A stretch of DNA of 37,473 nucleotides from Rhodospirillales bacterium (lineage in GTDB: Bacteria; Pseudomonadota; Alphaproteobacteria; Bin95): the NCBI GenBank assembly GCA_038143065.1, contig JAYQLI010000032.1:1-37473 (forward strand), written 5' to 3'. Both the position numbers and the translations under genes were made by a program. The notes under the pieces are model-generated. The model had not been told where the DNA came from. It worked only from the letters and a program-made list of their open reading frames with translations, and made no database searches. Within the stretch, counting starts at the first letter, position 1, and each line of letters opens with the position of its first letter. Below, piece by piece: positions 1 to 10,006 of the stretch.

Positions 1-165
1 GCCTAGGCCAACATCAGAATACCACAAAATTCAGTTGCAAAAAGGAGGAAGTTCAATTCGTTGCAGAATAAAAGGGATTGATTTGTGTTTAGAAACTTGA
101 TGGGATTGATCTGGCAGAACCTCGGAGGAGCCTTTTGGAAGTTCGTACGAAATAGGTTCATCCAC

Positions 166-1146
166 CTAGTTGAAGCGGAATTCCTTGCCGTCCATCGGCG
201 AGGCAAACAACATTTCGCCAATTTTGTAGTCGTGATCGCCTTCGATACGGGCGACCAACTGGCCCAATTCGTGCACATCCAGATGTAGTATGGTTTCTGC
301 CCCGAGTTGTTCCAAATGGTGAATCTTGCCATTCCAGCGGCCGTGATCCTTCGACAGCTCAACGTGTTCGGGCCTTATTCCATAGGTTGAACACCCTTCT
401 GTCTTGGCGATTTCACCTTCGTAGAGATTCATCTTGGGTGAGCCAATGAAGCCAGCGACAAAAGGCGTGGCTGGGTCTCGGTAGAGGTCCATTGGTGCAC
501 CGACTTGCTCGACCTTACCCGCGTTGAGTACCACGATCTTATCGGCCATGGTCATAGCCTCGACTTGGTCATGGGTAACATATATCATCGTTGAGCCTAA
601 TGATTTGTGTAGATCCGTGAGTTCGACCCGCATCTGGCTGCGCAGCGCTGCGTCGAGGTTGGACAGCGGTTCATCAAAAAGAAAGACTTCAGGATTGCGC
701 GTGATAGCGCGGCCAATTGCGACGCGCTGCCTTTGCCCTCCCGACAGCGCTTTTGGTTTACGGTCCAGATAACTCTCCAGTTGAAGAATACGGGCCGCCT
801 CATTGACCCTTTCATTAATTTGATCTTTCGGCAAGCGAGCCAGTGATAGGCCGAAACCAATGTTCTGGCGAACCGTCAAATGTGGGTACAGCGCGTAAGA
901 CTGGAAAACCATCGCGATGCCACGTTCAGATGGTTCGGCATTTGAAACATCGCGACCGCCAATTTCTATGGTTCCCGATGTTTGCTCTTCGAGACCGGAA
1001 ATCATCCGCAACAAAGTCGATTTTCCGCATCCTGATGGACCGACGAAAACACAGAACTCTCCATGTTTGATTTCCAGATCGATACCTTTGATGACCTCGA
1101 CGGCGCCAAAGCTTTTTCGGATGTCTTTCAGAGTTACCGTGGCCAT
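166..1146 (-). CDS. CUT1 sugar ABC transporter ATP-binding subunit (MalK/MsmX-like)
   Basis: Intact 326 aa ORF with Walker [19 protein letters not shown], signature [14 protein letters not shown], Walker [12 protein letters not shown] and H-loop YVTHDQ. Confidence 0.95.
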   Translation of the reverse strand: MATVTLKDIRKSFGAVEVIKGIDLEIKHGEFCVFVGPSGCGKSTLLRMISGLEEQTSGTIEIGGRDVSNAEPSERGIAMVFQSYALYPHLTVRQNIGFGLSLARLPKDQINERVNEAARILQLESYLDRKPKALSGGQRQRVAIGRAITRNPEVFLFDEPLSNLDAALRSQMRVELTDLHKSLGSTMIYVTHDQVEAMTMADKIVVLNAGKVEQVGAPMDLYRDPATPFVAGFIGSPKMNLYEGEIAKTEGCSTYGIRPEHVELSKDHGRWNGKIHHLEQLGAETILHLDVHELGQLVARIEGDHDYKIGEMLFASPMDGKEFRFN

Positions 1147-1150
1147 TTTA

Positions 1151-1976
1151 TTATCCTTTCACGGAGCCTTGTGTCATACCTGCTACAATCTGGCGGTTGA
1201 AGAAGATGAACACCAAAAGCGGAGGGATGGTAACCAACAGGATGTTCATAAAGAGCAAGTTCATTTTAGTCTGGAACTGGCTTTGGAAGTTGAAAAGCGT
1301 TAACTGTACAGTGACGTTATCACGACCGGGAAGGTAGTATAGCATATTGGTGAAGTCGTTGAAGATTGTGACAGACTGCACCACAATCAGTGTTACGGTA
1401 ACCGGTTTTAATAGCGGTAGGATCACCCGGAAGAAGATCTGTAGCGGTTTGGCCCCGTCGATAATTGCGGCCTCGTCCAAGTCTCGCGGAATTGTTGCGA
1501 TAAAGGACCTGAACAAAAGCACGCCAAAGGACAGGTTGTAGGATACCTGGATCAGGATCATACCATGCAATGTCTTGAACAGTCCCAAGGATTGCAGGAC
1601 CCAGATTGTGGGCACGACCGCCGGCGGAGATCATAAGTCCGGCCATGATGGTCGCCATCACGACGTCATTCGTTCTTCCAGGGCGGCGCTGGATGATATA
1701 GCCGATCATTGCAGAGAGAACTACAACCAGTGTTATTGCCCCGACTGTTATGACCGTCGAATTGAAATAGGCAAGCAGCAGCATATAGTTGCGTGCCTTG
1801 ATCACAGCCATGAAGTTTTCCCAGACATGCCAGTTTGACGGCCAAGAAAATTCGAGCATAGCGGATTCTTGCACGTCCTTGGCCGCTGTCAGAAATATAA
1901 AAATGAAGGGCACGATGAATATGACGAAAAACACAGCCAGCGTGATCCAACCAATGATCGCATTCCGCCGTGTCAT
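1151..1976 (-). CDS. CUT1 ABC permease (MalG-like), one frameshift near 1620-1630
   Basis: N-terminal half in ORF 1320..1976, C-terminal half in ORF 1151..1615 with EAA loop DLDEAAIIDGA and typical end QIVAGMTQGSVKG. Confidence 0.88.
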
Positions 1977-2836
1977 AGGTCCACCTCCCGTCGGTTAAGA
2001 AAATAAACGATTGGCATGATGATCAGCGCCACCATGATGAAAAGGATCACGCTACCAGCGGTGGAAAGCCCGTAAAAACCTGCCTGATACTGCTTGAATA
2101 TCACAGATGCCAGAACGTCGGAGGCAAATCCAGGACCTCCGCGGGTCATTGCCCAAATTATATCAAAACTGCGCAAACCACCGATGAGCGACAAGATCAG
2201 CACTGTGACAGTGGCCGGTCGCACAAGCGGAACTGTTACGCGCCAGAATTGCTGAACCCGTGTGGCGCCGTCAATCCGGGCGGCTTCGTAGTACTCTGGC
2301 GATATTGAAGCGAGTCCGGCGATATAGATCAGAGTGGCAAGTCCGACGCCTTTCCATATATCGACAATCGCGACGGTATAGAGCGCCAGTTCGGGGTCAA
2401 CCAACCACCCCGGTCCGTCGATGCCGATAGCTGCCAAAGTAACGTTGATTGTGCCTTTGGTGGGGTGCATCATCTGAGCAAATGCTATACCGACACCAAT
2501 TGTCGATACCAAAACTGGGAAGAAAACTGTCGAGCGCAGAAATCCCTGAAACTTCAGTCCTGAAGTCAGCAATACCGCCAACAGCAGCCCCAAAACCGTT
2601 TTTGTTCCAGATGTCAAAAACGCATAGATTACTGTGTGCCAAATGCCTTCGACTAAGAAGGGCTCCTTAAAAAACTGTTCGTAGTTTTCAAATCCGATCC
2701 ATGTCCATTCGAAAAGGTCCCACCGCGTCATCGAGAAAAAGAAAGCAGAGGCAGAAGGGACCAAAAACAACAGAGCATAAATAAAGATGCCCGGTACGTG
2801 GAACCAGTAAGGATATGCACTTTTTCTTTTTGCCAT
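1973..2836 (-). CDS. CUT1 ABC permease (MalF-like)
   Basis: Hydrophobic protein with EAA loop YYEAARIDGA and MTRGGPG. Likely start is ATG at 2836 (MAKRKSAYPYW), not 2977. Stop overlaps the next start. Confidence 0.92.
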   Translation of the reverse strand: MAKRKSAYPYWFHVPGIFIYALLFLVPSASAFFFSMTRWDLFEWTWIGFENYEQFFKEPFLVEGIWHTVIYAFLTSGTKTVLGLLLAVLLTSGLKFQGFLRSTVFFPVLVSTIGVGIAFAQMMHPTKGTINVTLAAIGIDGPGWLVDPELALYTVAIVDIWKGVGLATLIYIAGLASISPEYYEAARIDGATRVQQFWRVTVPLVRPATVTVLILSLIGGLRSFDIIWAMTRGGPGFASDVLASVIFKQYQAGFYGLSTAGSVILFIMVALIIMPIVYFLNRREVDL

Positions 2837-2852
2837 GATCTTTACTGTTGCA

Positions 2853-2891
2853 GTTTGCCCAGGGCGCGCGCAAGTCACGCACTGGACAAAC
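2853..2891 (-). promoter_or_regulatory. Intercistronic stem-loop downstream of the solute-binding protein gene
   Basis: Arms GTTTGCCCAGGGCG (2853-2866) and CGCACTGGACAAAC (2878-2891), 12/14 complementary. Confidence 0.55.
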
Positions 2892-2906
2892 ATGGCCTTA
2901 TCCGGA

Positions 2907-4185
2907 TTAGTCCCAGCCAGGAAGGCCAAGCTGTTTGGCCTGCTTAACGACATCAAGGTCATACAATGCCGCCGCATCCTCAGCTGAACGGATTCCAGAG
3001 CCGACCTCCACAGTTAGATTCTCAAGATTTGGTCCCTTGATTGGAGACACAAACTCCAGAGCGGGAGCTGTGTTGCCACCTTCCTGAAAGTATGGAAGCA
3101 TATCCGCAATCGCCACGGGTACATCTGCGGGAAGCGAGCATCCGTCTATCAAGTATGGCCCAGTTGCACCAGTGGCAGCCATCATAACTTCACAGCCTTC
3201 TTGTGAAGCGACAAAACTGAGAAACTCTTTCGCGAGTTCCGGCTCTGCTGCGTCCTTGGAGGCGTACATAGCAGTCGGCATCCAGACGGTCAGACCGTTC
3301 GTGTCGGCGCTGGCTCCAGGCTGGGCGAAGAACCCGATATCATTGATATTCTCGGGGTTGTTTTGCTGCACGGTACCGACGGCAAATGTGAGCATCGGGT
3401 AATGAGCGGCTTCGCCAGTAGCGACCATCCGCATTCCGTCTGGGAAGCTTGCGGCGCCAAAGTCCTCGTTCAGATATCCCGCCTCAAAGACATCTTGCAG
3501 ATACTTAAAGCCGCGCATTGCCGCCTCGGATTCCGCGTACTTTGCTTGATTGGCCGTGTAACGTTTGGCGAAATCCGGTTCTGCGGCCTGAACATTATAG
3601 TAATCAGCTAAAACAAATAACTGCGAGGTCCAAGTGTCCCCATAGGTCTGTGCAACTGGCACTTTCCGGCTTCTGCGATCTTGGCGTTGTTCGACATGAA
3701 TTCATCCCAACTGCGCGGAACTTCCAAGCCCAGCTCGTTATAGATGCCACGATTATAGAAGATGCCACCGCCCATGGCTGCGCCAAACGGAACACCAAAA
3801 ATTTCGCCATCAGGCGAGGTAACAGTGGCTTCGAAGCTGTCTGCAACACGATCCAACATATCCTCTTGTGTAATCGGCATCAAGTTGCGGTCAGGGCGGA
3901 TGGCTTGGAACAGTGAGCCGGTATTATAGGTGAAAACGTCAGCCATTTCACCGGTCGCCAATCGCGATTTTACGATGTTGTCACCGTCGGCTCCGCCGGG
4001 ACGGAATTCGACATCAAAGCTGACATCCGGGTTTTTTTGCCAAATGCAGCAACAAGTGCCTCGATGTTTGCAATTGTGTCGGGCGTGTCACCTGCCAGAA
4101 TTGTCAGCATCTGTGCATGTGCTGAGCTATTTAACGCCATGACTGTAGCTATAGCGGTTGTAGTCATTTTTAGATGTTTCATCAT
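2907..4185 (-). CDS. CUT1 ABC solute-binding protein, probably for rhamnose-containing oligosaccharides or glycosides; two frameshifts (about 4035 and 3660)
   Basis: Signal peptide MMKHLK...SSAHA after a GGGAGGA RBS. Fragments 3970..4185, 3608..3961 and 2907..3662 join into an SBP (GGIFYN, VPRSWDEF). The first break is in a T8 run. Substrate inferred from the adjacent GH78. Confidence 0.85.
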
Positions 4186-4213
4186 TTCCTCCCATTTGGA
4201 ACCCTATAGGGTC

Positions 4214-6519
4214 TTATGAAACAAGGTTGAAAGTTACTTCGTGATGTCCCGACCCGAGGGTCGCGCCGCTTTCAGGGACATCCGTCGCGGCGCCATCTAT
4301 GCGCACGTGTTTCCGTGCGGGATTTGCGGTTAGTCTGCCTGTGCAACCAACCGGTAAAATCAAGTGATAGGTCACAGTATCGTCATCCAAAGTCCAACCG
4401 GCCTCAATCCGGCCGTGTCGGCACTCGTGCCACATGCTAACTGAACCGAACGCGGGTAGGATCTGGGGGTTTATGCTTACCTCGTCAAAACCAGGTGAAG
4501 TCTCCAGAAGGTGCAACACCGCCCACTGCTTCAAACAGCCATTGGCATACTGCACCATATGCATAGTGATTGTAACTGTTCATTAAAGGGTCGTAGATTG
4601 TACCATCCGGTCCGATCGCATCCCAACGTTCCCAAATCGTGGTCGCTCCTTGCGCAACTTGATAGAGCCAGCCAGGAACTTCTTTGTTCAGGAAGACTTT
4701 CTCTGCAATATCATTCATTCCAAGCTTGGTCAGTGCGGGTAACAGTGCCGGAGTGCCAATAAAGCCGGTCCCGATCAGATAGTTTGCATCCTCGACCACG
4801 CGGCGGAAATTGACCTTTGCTTGTTCATAGTATTCAGCCGGCACTAGGTCATGGAGAAATGCCAGAGCATAGGACGTCTGGTCGTTGTGGGCAAGGCGCC
4901 CGGAGCCTGTGAAATACTCGCGGATGAAGGCTTTCTTAATTTCGGCGGCTCTGTCCGCACAGGCCTGTGCTTTATCTTCCTCTCCGATGATCCGGCCTAT
5001 ATTGGAGGCCAAGTCGTTTGAAATGAAGTGATAGAGCGTCGCCGCGCAATCATCGCCGATCGTAGGTCGTGGCTTGCGATTATCCCCGACCGGTTGCAGC
5101 CAGTCGCCAAAACTGAAGCCTTCACCATTGAATTCTTTCGATGGAAAGACCAAAGGACCGTCTGAAATACTCCACACGTAGTCTAGCCATTTCAACATTG
5201 CCGGAAAGCATTCACGCAGCACCTCTTTGTCACCGTAATGCAGATAAAGCTGCCATGGTATTACTGTTATGGCGTCACCCCAACCCGTTGAGCCCGCCCA
5301 CTCGTTGTCGTCAGTATTCGGGTTAAGCAGCGTCGGGTCTGGCGAAAAATGCGATATGGCCCCGTTGGATCTCTGATCATTCATTAGGTCGCGCATGTAT
5401 TTACGTAGGAAACTGTGGCTGTCGGCCAACCAGCAGGCGGTGCCTGCAAAGACCTGAGCATCGCCTGTCCATCCTAGACGCTCATCGCGTTGCGGGCAGT
5501 CTGTTGGAACTTCGATGAAGTTACCACGCTGTGACCAGACAGTGTTTTCCACCAGACGATTTGCTAGAAGCTCGCCGCAGGTGAACCCGCCCTTGGCTTC
5601 GGGCACAGAACTTATCGGCACAGATTGGATCGACTGAACCTCAGCATCGCCGGTTATGGTCACACGGGCAAAGCGGAAACCGAAAAATGTGAAGGCGGGT
5701 GACCATGTTTCAGTGCCCTCGCCTTTGAGCACGTAGGTAGCCGACGCGCGGGCACTGCGATAATTGCGGTTGTCGAACTCATTTCGTGGGCCAACCACCT
5801 CGGAGAACTCGATTAGAACCTTTGCCCCTGTTTTTCCTGTCACTGAAATCCTAGGATAGCCACCGACGTTCTGCGCGAAGTCATAAATTGTCCGTCTTTC
5901 GGCATCGGTCCATGTTCGAACAGGGGCGATTGGGACCAGCTCTTTGACCGCGCTAGTTTCATGTGGAACCAGAAGGCTTGTGTCGAACTCTATCACTTCG
6001 ACGCCCTGATCAGCGGACTGGTCTTCTTCACGCGCGTCATAATCTTCGCCGTAGTAGATGCCAGAGCTTGTGATCGGCGTAAGACCGCTTTTCCAGGTAC
6101 TGTCGGTTTTCGACACAACTTTGCCGCCGGCTTCGAATTCCGCGATGGCGGCAATACGGTCTCCCCAAGTGTTGGTCGTTAGCAACTCGCGCCACATCAA
6201 GGCGGATCTAAACCAACCATCTCCCAGCCAAATCCGGATGGTGTTTGTTCCCTGCCTCACCAAACTCGTCACATCGTAACTTTGATAAGCGATACGGTCG
6301 TTATAGCATGTCCAGCCTGGTGTTAGCTGGTCATCGCCAACTCGCTGTCCGTTGATAAATGCACGATAAAGCCCCTGAGCAGAGATATGAAGCATTAGAG
6401 ATCTCCGAGCCTTCATAGTCCACCTTGCCCTCGACAAAGGAAGACTGCTTGGACACCCCTTGATCGCATAAAGGTGCGATCATATCCGCTTGCCAACTGC
6501 GGCGCACACTATCGTTCAT
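4214..6519 (-). CDS. alpha-L-rhamnosidase, GH78; frameshifts near 6430 and 4495
   Basis: GH78 motifs PTDCPQRDERLGWTGDAQ, GATTIWERWD, MNSYNHYAYGAV and N-terminal SAQGLY...LTPGWT. GGGAGGA RBS before ATG 6519. No signal peptide visible. Confidence 0.93.
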
Positions 6520-6548
6520 TTTTCCTCCCTAGGCCTGCCATTAAATTT

Positions 6549-6564
6549 GTGTAGACCGTTACAC
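6549..6564. promoter_or_regulatory. Candidate LacI-family operator
   Basis: Imperfect palindrome GTGTAGACCGTTACAC (GTGTA/TACAC arms) in the divergent GH78/LacI intergenic region. Confidence 0.45.
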
Positions 6565-6656
6565 GTAAACTATTCTACAAAATAGGATTGTCTTGCAAGA
6601 GTTTTTTGAAGTACACTTCAAGCGATCGTTGTTTGACCGTATGACACCCACCGTAA

Positions 6657-7680
6657 ATGTCTGTGAAAAATAATAAAAAACAAGAAAGGATAACCATCAG
6701 AACGGTGGCGAAAGACGCTGGCGTTTCTGTTTCAGCCGTTTCGAAAGTGCTACGAAACGCCTATGGGGTAAGCGATGTGCTGCGGAGCAATGTCGAAGAA
6801 TCGATAGGACGGTTGGGTTATAGGCCTAGTTCTGCAGCGCGTGGAATGAGGGGTAAAACTGACACCATCGGAGTATTGTTGGTGGGACTCGATAACCCGT
6901 TCCTGAGCAAGGTTGTGTCGGTTTGAACCACGTTCTATTTGATGCTGGCTATAAGTCAATGTTCGCGGTCGGAAGTGCGCAGACTCACATCGAAATGCCC
7001 TTGGTTGAATCCATGATGGATTTCAAAATGGACGGCCTTGTCTGATCGGTCCGCGCATGGAACAGAACGCGCTTGCAAGGATTGCCACCATAATGCCCAC
7101 CGTCACCATTGCCGAACATGTGCCGGATGCAACGCAGTTTGATACGGTAAACTCAGATGACCGTTTGGGTGCCCGAGAAGCTGTCACCGCTATGGTCGAA
7201 GCCGGCTATGAAGACATCGCCATGGTCAGCCTGCCAACTCGAGGCAACCGGAATACCAATGTCTGGGTACAACGCGAGATCGGCTATAGGGAAGCAATGT
7301 CCGCCGCTGGCCTCACGAACAATATCAAAATTCATCGCAGGGAAGAGCAGGTCGAATACACTGAGAGCGATTTTGATGATCTGTTGTTGGGCAGTAAGAA
7401 CAGATCACAGGCCTATTTCTGCTGGTCGGACATTCATGCCATTCCATTGCTGAACCGGGCACGGACTTTGGGTTTAGAGGTTCCCAAGGATATTGCGATT
7501 ATTGGCTATGACAATTCTCCGCCGGCAGGGTTGCCGCTGATTGGCCTTGCAAGCGTTCGACAATCGGCCATCGAGCTTGGTGAAACTGCCGCACGCTGCA
7601 TACTTTCGCGGATCGAGGGGCGTGACGTAGCTGAGCACCATTTAATTATACCAGAGTTGGTAAGACGAAGCAGTTTTTGA
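6657..7680 (+). CDS. LacI-family transcriptional regulator; frameshifts near 6920 and 7042
   Basis: HTH TIRTVAKDAGVSVSAVSKVL, hinge YRPSSAARGM, C-terminal VPKDIAIIGYDN and ELVRRSS. The middle segment is readable in another frame (MMDFKMDGL). Confidence 0.9.
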
Positions 7681-7687
7681 GGGCCAA

Positions 7688-7748
7688 CTCGCTTCCGTTT
7701 TGACCAGCGCGACCGCACCACAAATCCCGGGCGTTGGTCAGTAGCGAG
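7688..7748 (+). terminator. Extended stem-loop just after the LacI stop codon
   Basis: CTCGCT/AGCGAG outer arms and TGACCAGCGC/GCGTTGGTCA inner arms. No U-tract, so function is uncertain. Confidence 0.35.
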
Positions 7749-7800
7749 ATGTAATGCTGGCAATCGGAAACTTCTGCAGCCAATTCTGACATTCTGCTTC

Positions 7801-8620
7801 GTGCTGTCCTTGCCAATATCGCACTGCGCAGTGCGGTGCCCTTTGCGTCTGCCGTGCCTGAGCCAATATCATTCCGCTATTTCAAAACCAGCCCTGAGAT
7901 CATCCAACTTGCAGTTATGCTGTATGTGAGGGTGAGGTTTCCCACTTTCACTGAGAAATGTATGGAAGACCTCCTGCATGAACGAGGCGTCGATGTGAGC
8001 TATGAATCTGTTCGGTATTGGTGGCAGAGGTGTGGCGCGCAGTTCGCAAGCCAGATAAAGAAGCGCAGGGCAGGAGGAATGCAGTCCAGTAATTGGAAAT
8101 GGCACCTGGATGAAGTCTTTGTGAAGATAAATGGTGAAAGACATTACCTATGGCGTGCAGTTGATCATGAAGGTGAGGTGTTAGAAAGCTATGTCACCAA
8201 AAAGAGAGACAAAAAAGCTGCTTTAAAGTTCATGAAGAAAGCAATGCGGCGCTATGGATCACCCAACGAGATCGTTACAGATAAATTGGGGTCCTACGGT
8301 GCAGCAGCAAGAGAACTGGGCTGTTCAGAAAAGCAGGTTACTAAGCGATGGGCAAACAACAGAGTTGAGAATTCACACTTACCCTTTCGACGAAGAGAAA
8401 GAGCCATGCTGCGATTTAGACGAATGCACATCTACAGAAGTTCGCCTCAATCCATGCCTCTTTTCACAATTTGTTCAACTCTCAAAGGTCGCTCTCAAAA
8501 CGCAGTACATTCAAACTAAACCGTAACGCAGCTCTCATCGAGTGGCGTTCTTTAGTGACCCCATAGAATATACCGGTCAAATGGATACTGATGCTTGGGC
8601 TCGTTTGGTAAGGCAGCTTC
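7801..8620 (+). mobile_element. IS6-family insertion sequence, about 820 bp, with degenerate terminal inverted repeats
   Basis: Contains an IS6 transposase. Left GTGCTGTCCTTGCCAA (7801-7816) versus right TTGGTAAGGCAGC (8605-8617, reverse complement GCTGCCTTACCAA). Size fits the family. No target duplication identified. Confidence 0.7.
7854..8566 (+). CDS. IS6-family DDE transposase, frameshifted (possibly a pseudogene)
   Basis: FRYFKTSPEII start. DDE motifs WHLDEVFVK, IVTDKLGSY, NNRVENSH, plus YLWRAVD. The C-terminus LQKFASIHAS...AALIEWRSL continues in another frame to TAG 8566. Confidence 0.9.
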
Positions 8621-8743
8621 ATTTTTTTCATCCCGCGGTTCTGAATTCAGATTTTGGCGCGCATTTGTGGTTCCGAGGGTGAGGCATGATTAGCGTTCCG
8701 ATTTTCGTGCTCCTTTGCGAAACGGCAATCTTCTGACTTATAT

Positions 8744-9985
8744 TTATCCCCTAGAAGCAATGCTATTTTGATATCTGTTCAGTTCGTCAATTAGGCCTAG
8801 GCCGTTTTGCACTTCCATACGTGTACAGAACTCTTTCCAAATTTCTCCGAATGGCAGATCTTTAAGCTCTTCTGTCATCATAAAGCGTGTAGAGAAGTCT
8901 AATCCAGTTTCTGCTGATTTTAAGCGATCCAACGGTAGCAGGAGCGCCCTTAATAGGGCTTTTTGCATATTCCGGGTCCCGATAACCCAGGCTGCTGTCC
9001 TGCTGATGGTCGCATCAAAGAAGTCGAGCCCGATATGGGTGCGATCAAGGAGATTAGATGACACCAGTTCCTGAGCCATCATCAAAATGTCGTCACTTTG
9101 CAGGATTACATGATCACTATCCCATCTCATTGGACGCGATACGTGCAGCAGAAGTTCATCAACGGAAAGAGCAACAGAGCTGACTTTGTCGGCAATATTT
9201 TCCGTTGGATGGAAGTGACCCATGTCTAGACATAGGACCGTACCTTTACGGATCGCATAACCCATGTAGAATTCGTGGCTGCCAACCGTCATCGCTTCTA
9301 CGCCAATACCGAAAAGCTTACACTCTACCGCATCGAGCATTTTAGATTTATCCAGCTTATCAATCAGCATCTCGTCAAGTGAAGCTTCAAGGCGCTGACG
9401 GGGGCTTATGCGGTCGATAGGATAGTCTTTGTATCCATCAGGAACCCAGATGTTATTTATGCAAGCAGAGCCCAATTCTTCGCCCATCTTTGCTGCGATC
9501 TCACGTGTTCGCTTGCCGTGCTCGATCCAAAAGTCACGGATGCCTTTGTCTGGGTGACTGAGCGTTAGGTTGTCGTCGGCTTTTGCATGGGCAAAGAAAG
9601 TTGGGTTGAAATCAAGTGCAACCCCCTGTGATTTGGACCAATCAACCCAAGAGGCAAAGTGCTTATATTCAATTTCATCTCGATCTGGTGTTTCGTCTGT
9701 GTCCATATACATGGCATGTAGGTTCAAGCGATGTGATCCAGGGATCATCGAATATGAAAATTCAAGGTCAGCACGCAATTCATCGGGGTTGCGGGCGCGA
9801 CCTGGATGATTGCCGGTTGCCTGTATGCCGCCGCCTGAAATGCCTGTTTGTTTCTCGAACCCAACAACGTCATCGCCTTGCCAGCAGTGCATAGAGATTG
9901 GAATTTCTTTCAATTGATTGATTGCAACTTCGGTATCGACACCCCAATCCGCAAATTGTTGTTTAGCGCTTTCATAGTGACCCAT
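8744..9985 (-). CDS. rhaA: L-rhamnose isomerase, E. coli RhaA type
   Basis: Intact 413 aa ORF. ISMHCWQGDDV, GGIQATGN, KLFGIG, GHFHPTE, LLHVSRPMRWDSDHV and GLDFFDA match RhaA motifs. Confidence 0.95.
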   Translation of the reverse strand: MGHYESAKQQFADWGVDTEVAINQLKEIPISMHCWQGDDVVGFEKQTGISGGGIQATGNHPGRARNPDELRADLEFSYSMIPGSHRLNLHAMYMDTDETPDRDEIEYKHFASWVDWSKSQGVALDFNPTFFAHAKADDNLTLSHPDKGIRDFWIEHGKRTREIAAKMGEELGSACINNIWVPDGYKDYPIDRISPRQRLEASLDEMLIDKLDKSKMLDAVECKLFGIGVEAMTVGSHEFYMGYAIRKGTVLCLDMGHFHPTENIADKVSSVALSVDELLLHVSRPMRWDSDHVILQSDDILMMAQELVSSNLLDRTHIGLDFFDATISRTAAWVIGTRNMQKALLRALLLPLDRLKSAETGLDFSTRFMMTEELKDLPFGEIWKEFCTRMEVQNGLGLIDELNRYQNSIASRG

Positions 9986-10006
9986 TGATACTGTCCCCCG
10001 TATTGA

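Noticed and set aside
7922-7970. GTGAGG tandem duplication and odd peptide VRVRFPTFTEKCM in the transposase
   Set aside because: The usual FPLSLRNV reads in the shifted frame, so these are compensating indels from error or decay, not a new domain.
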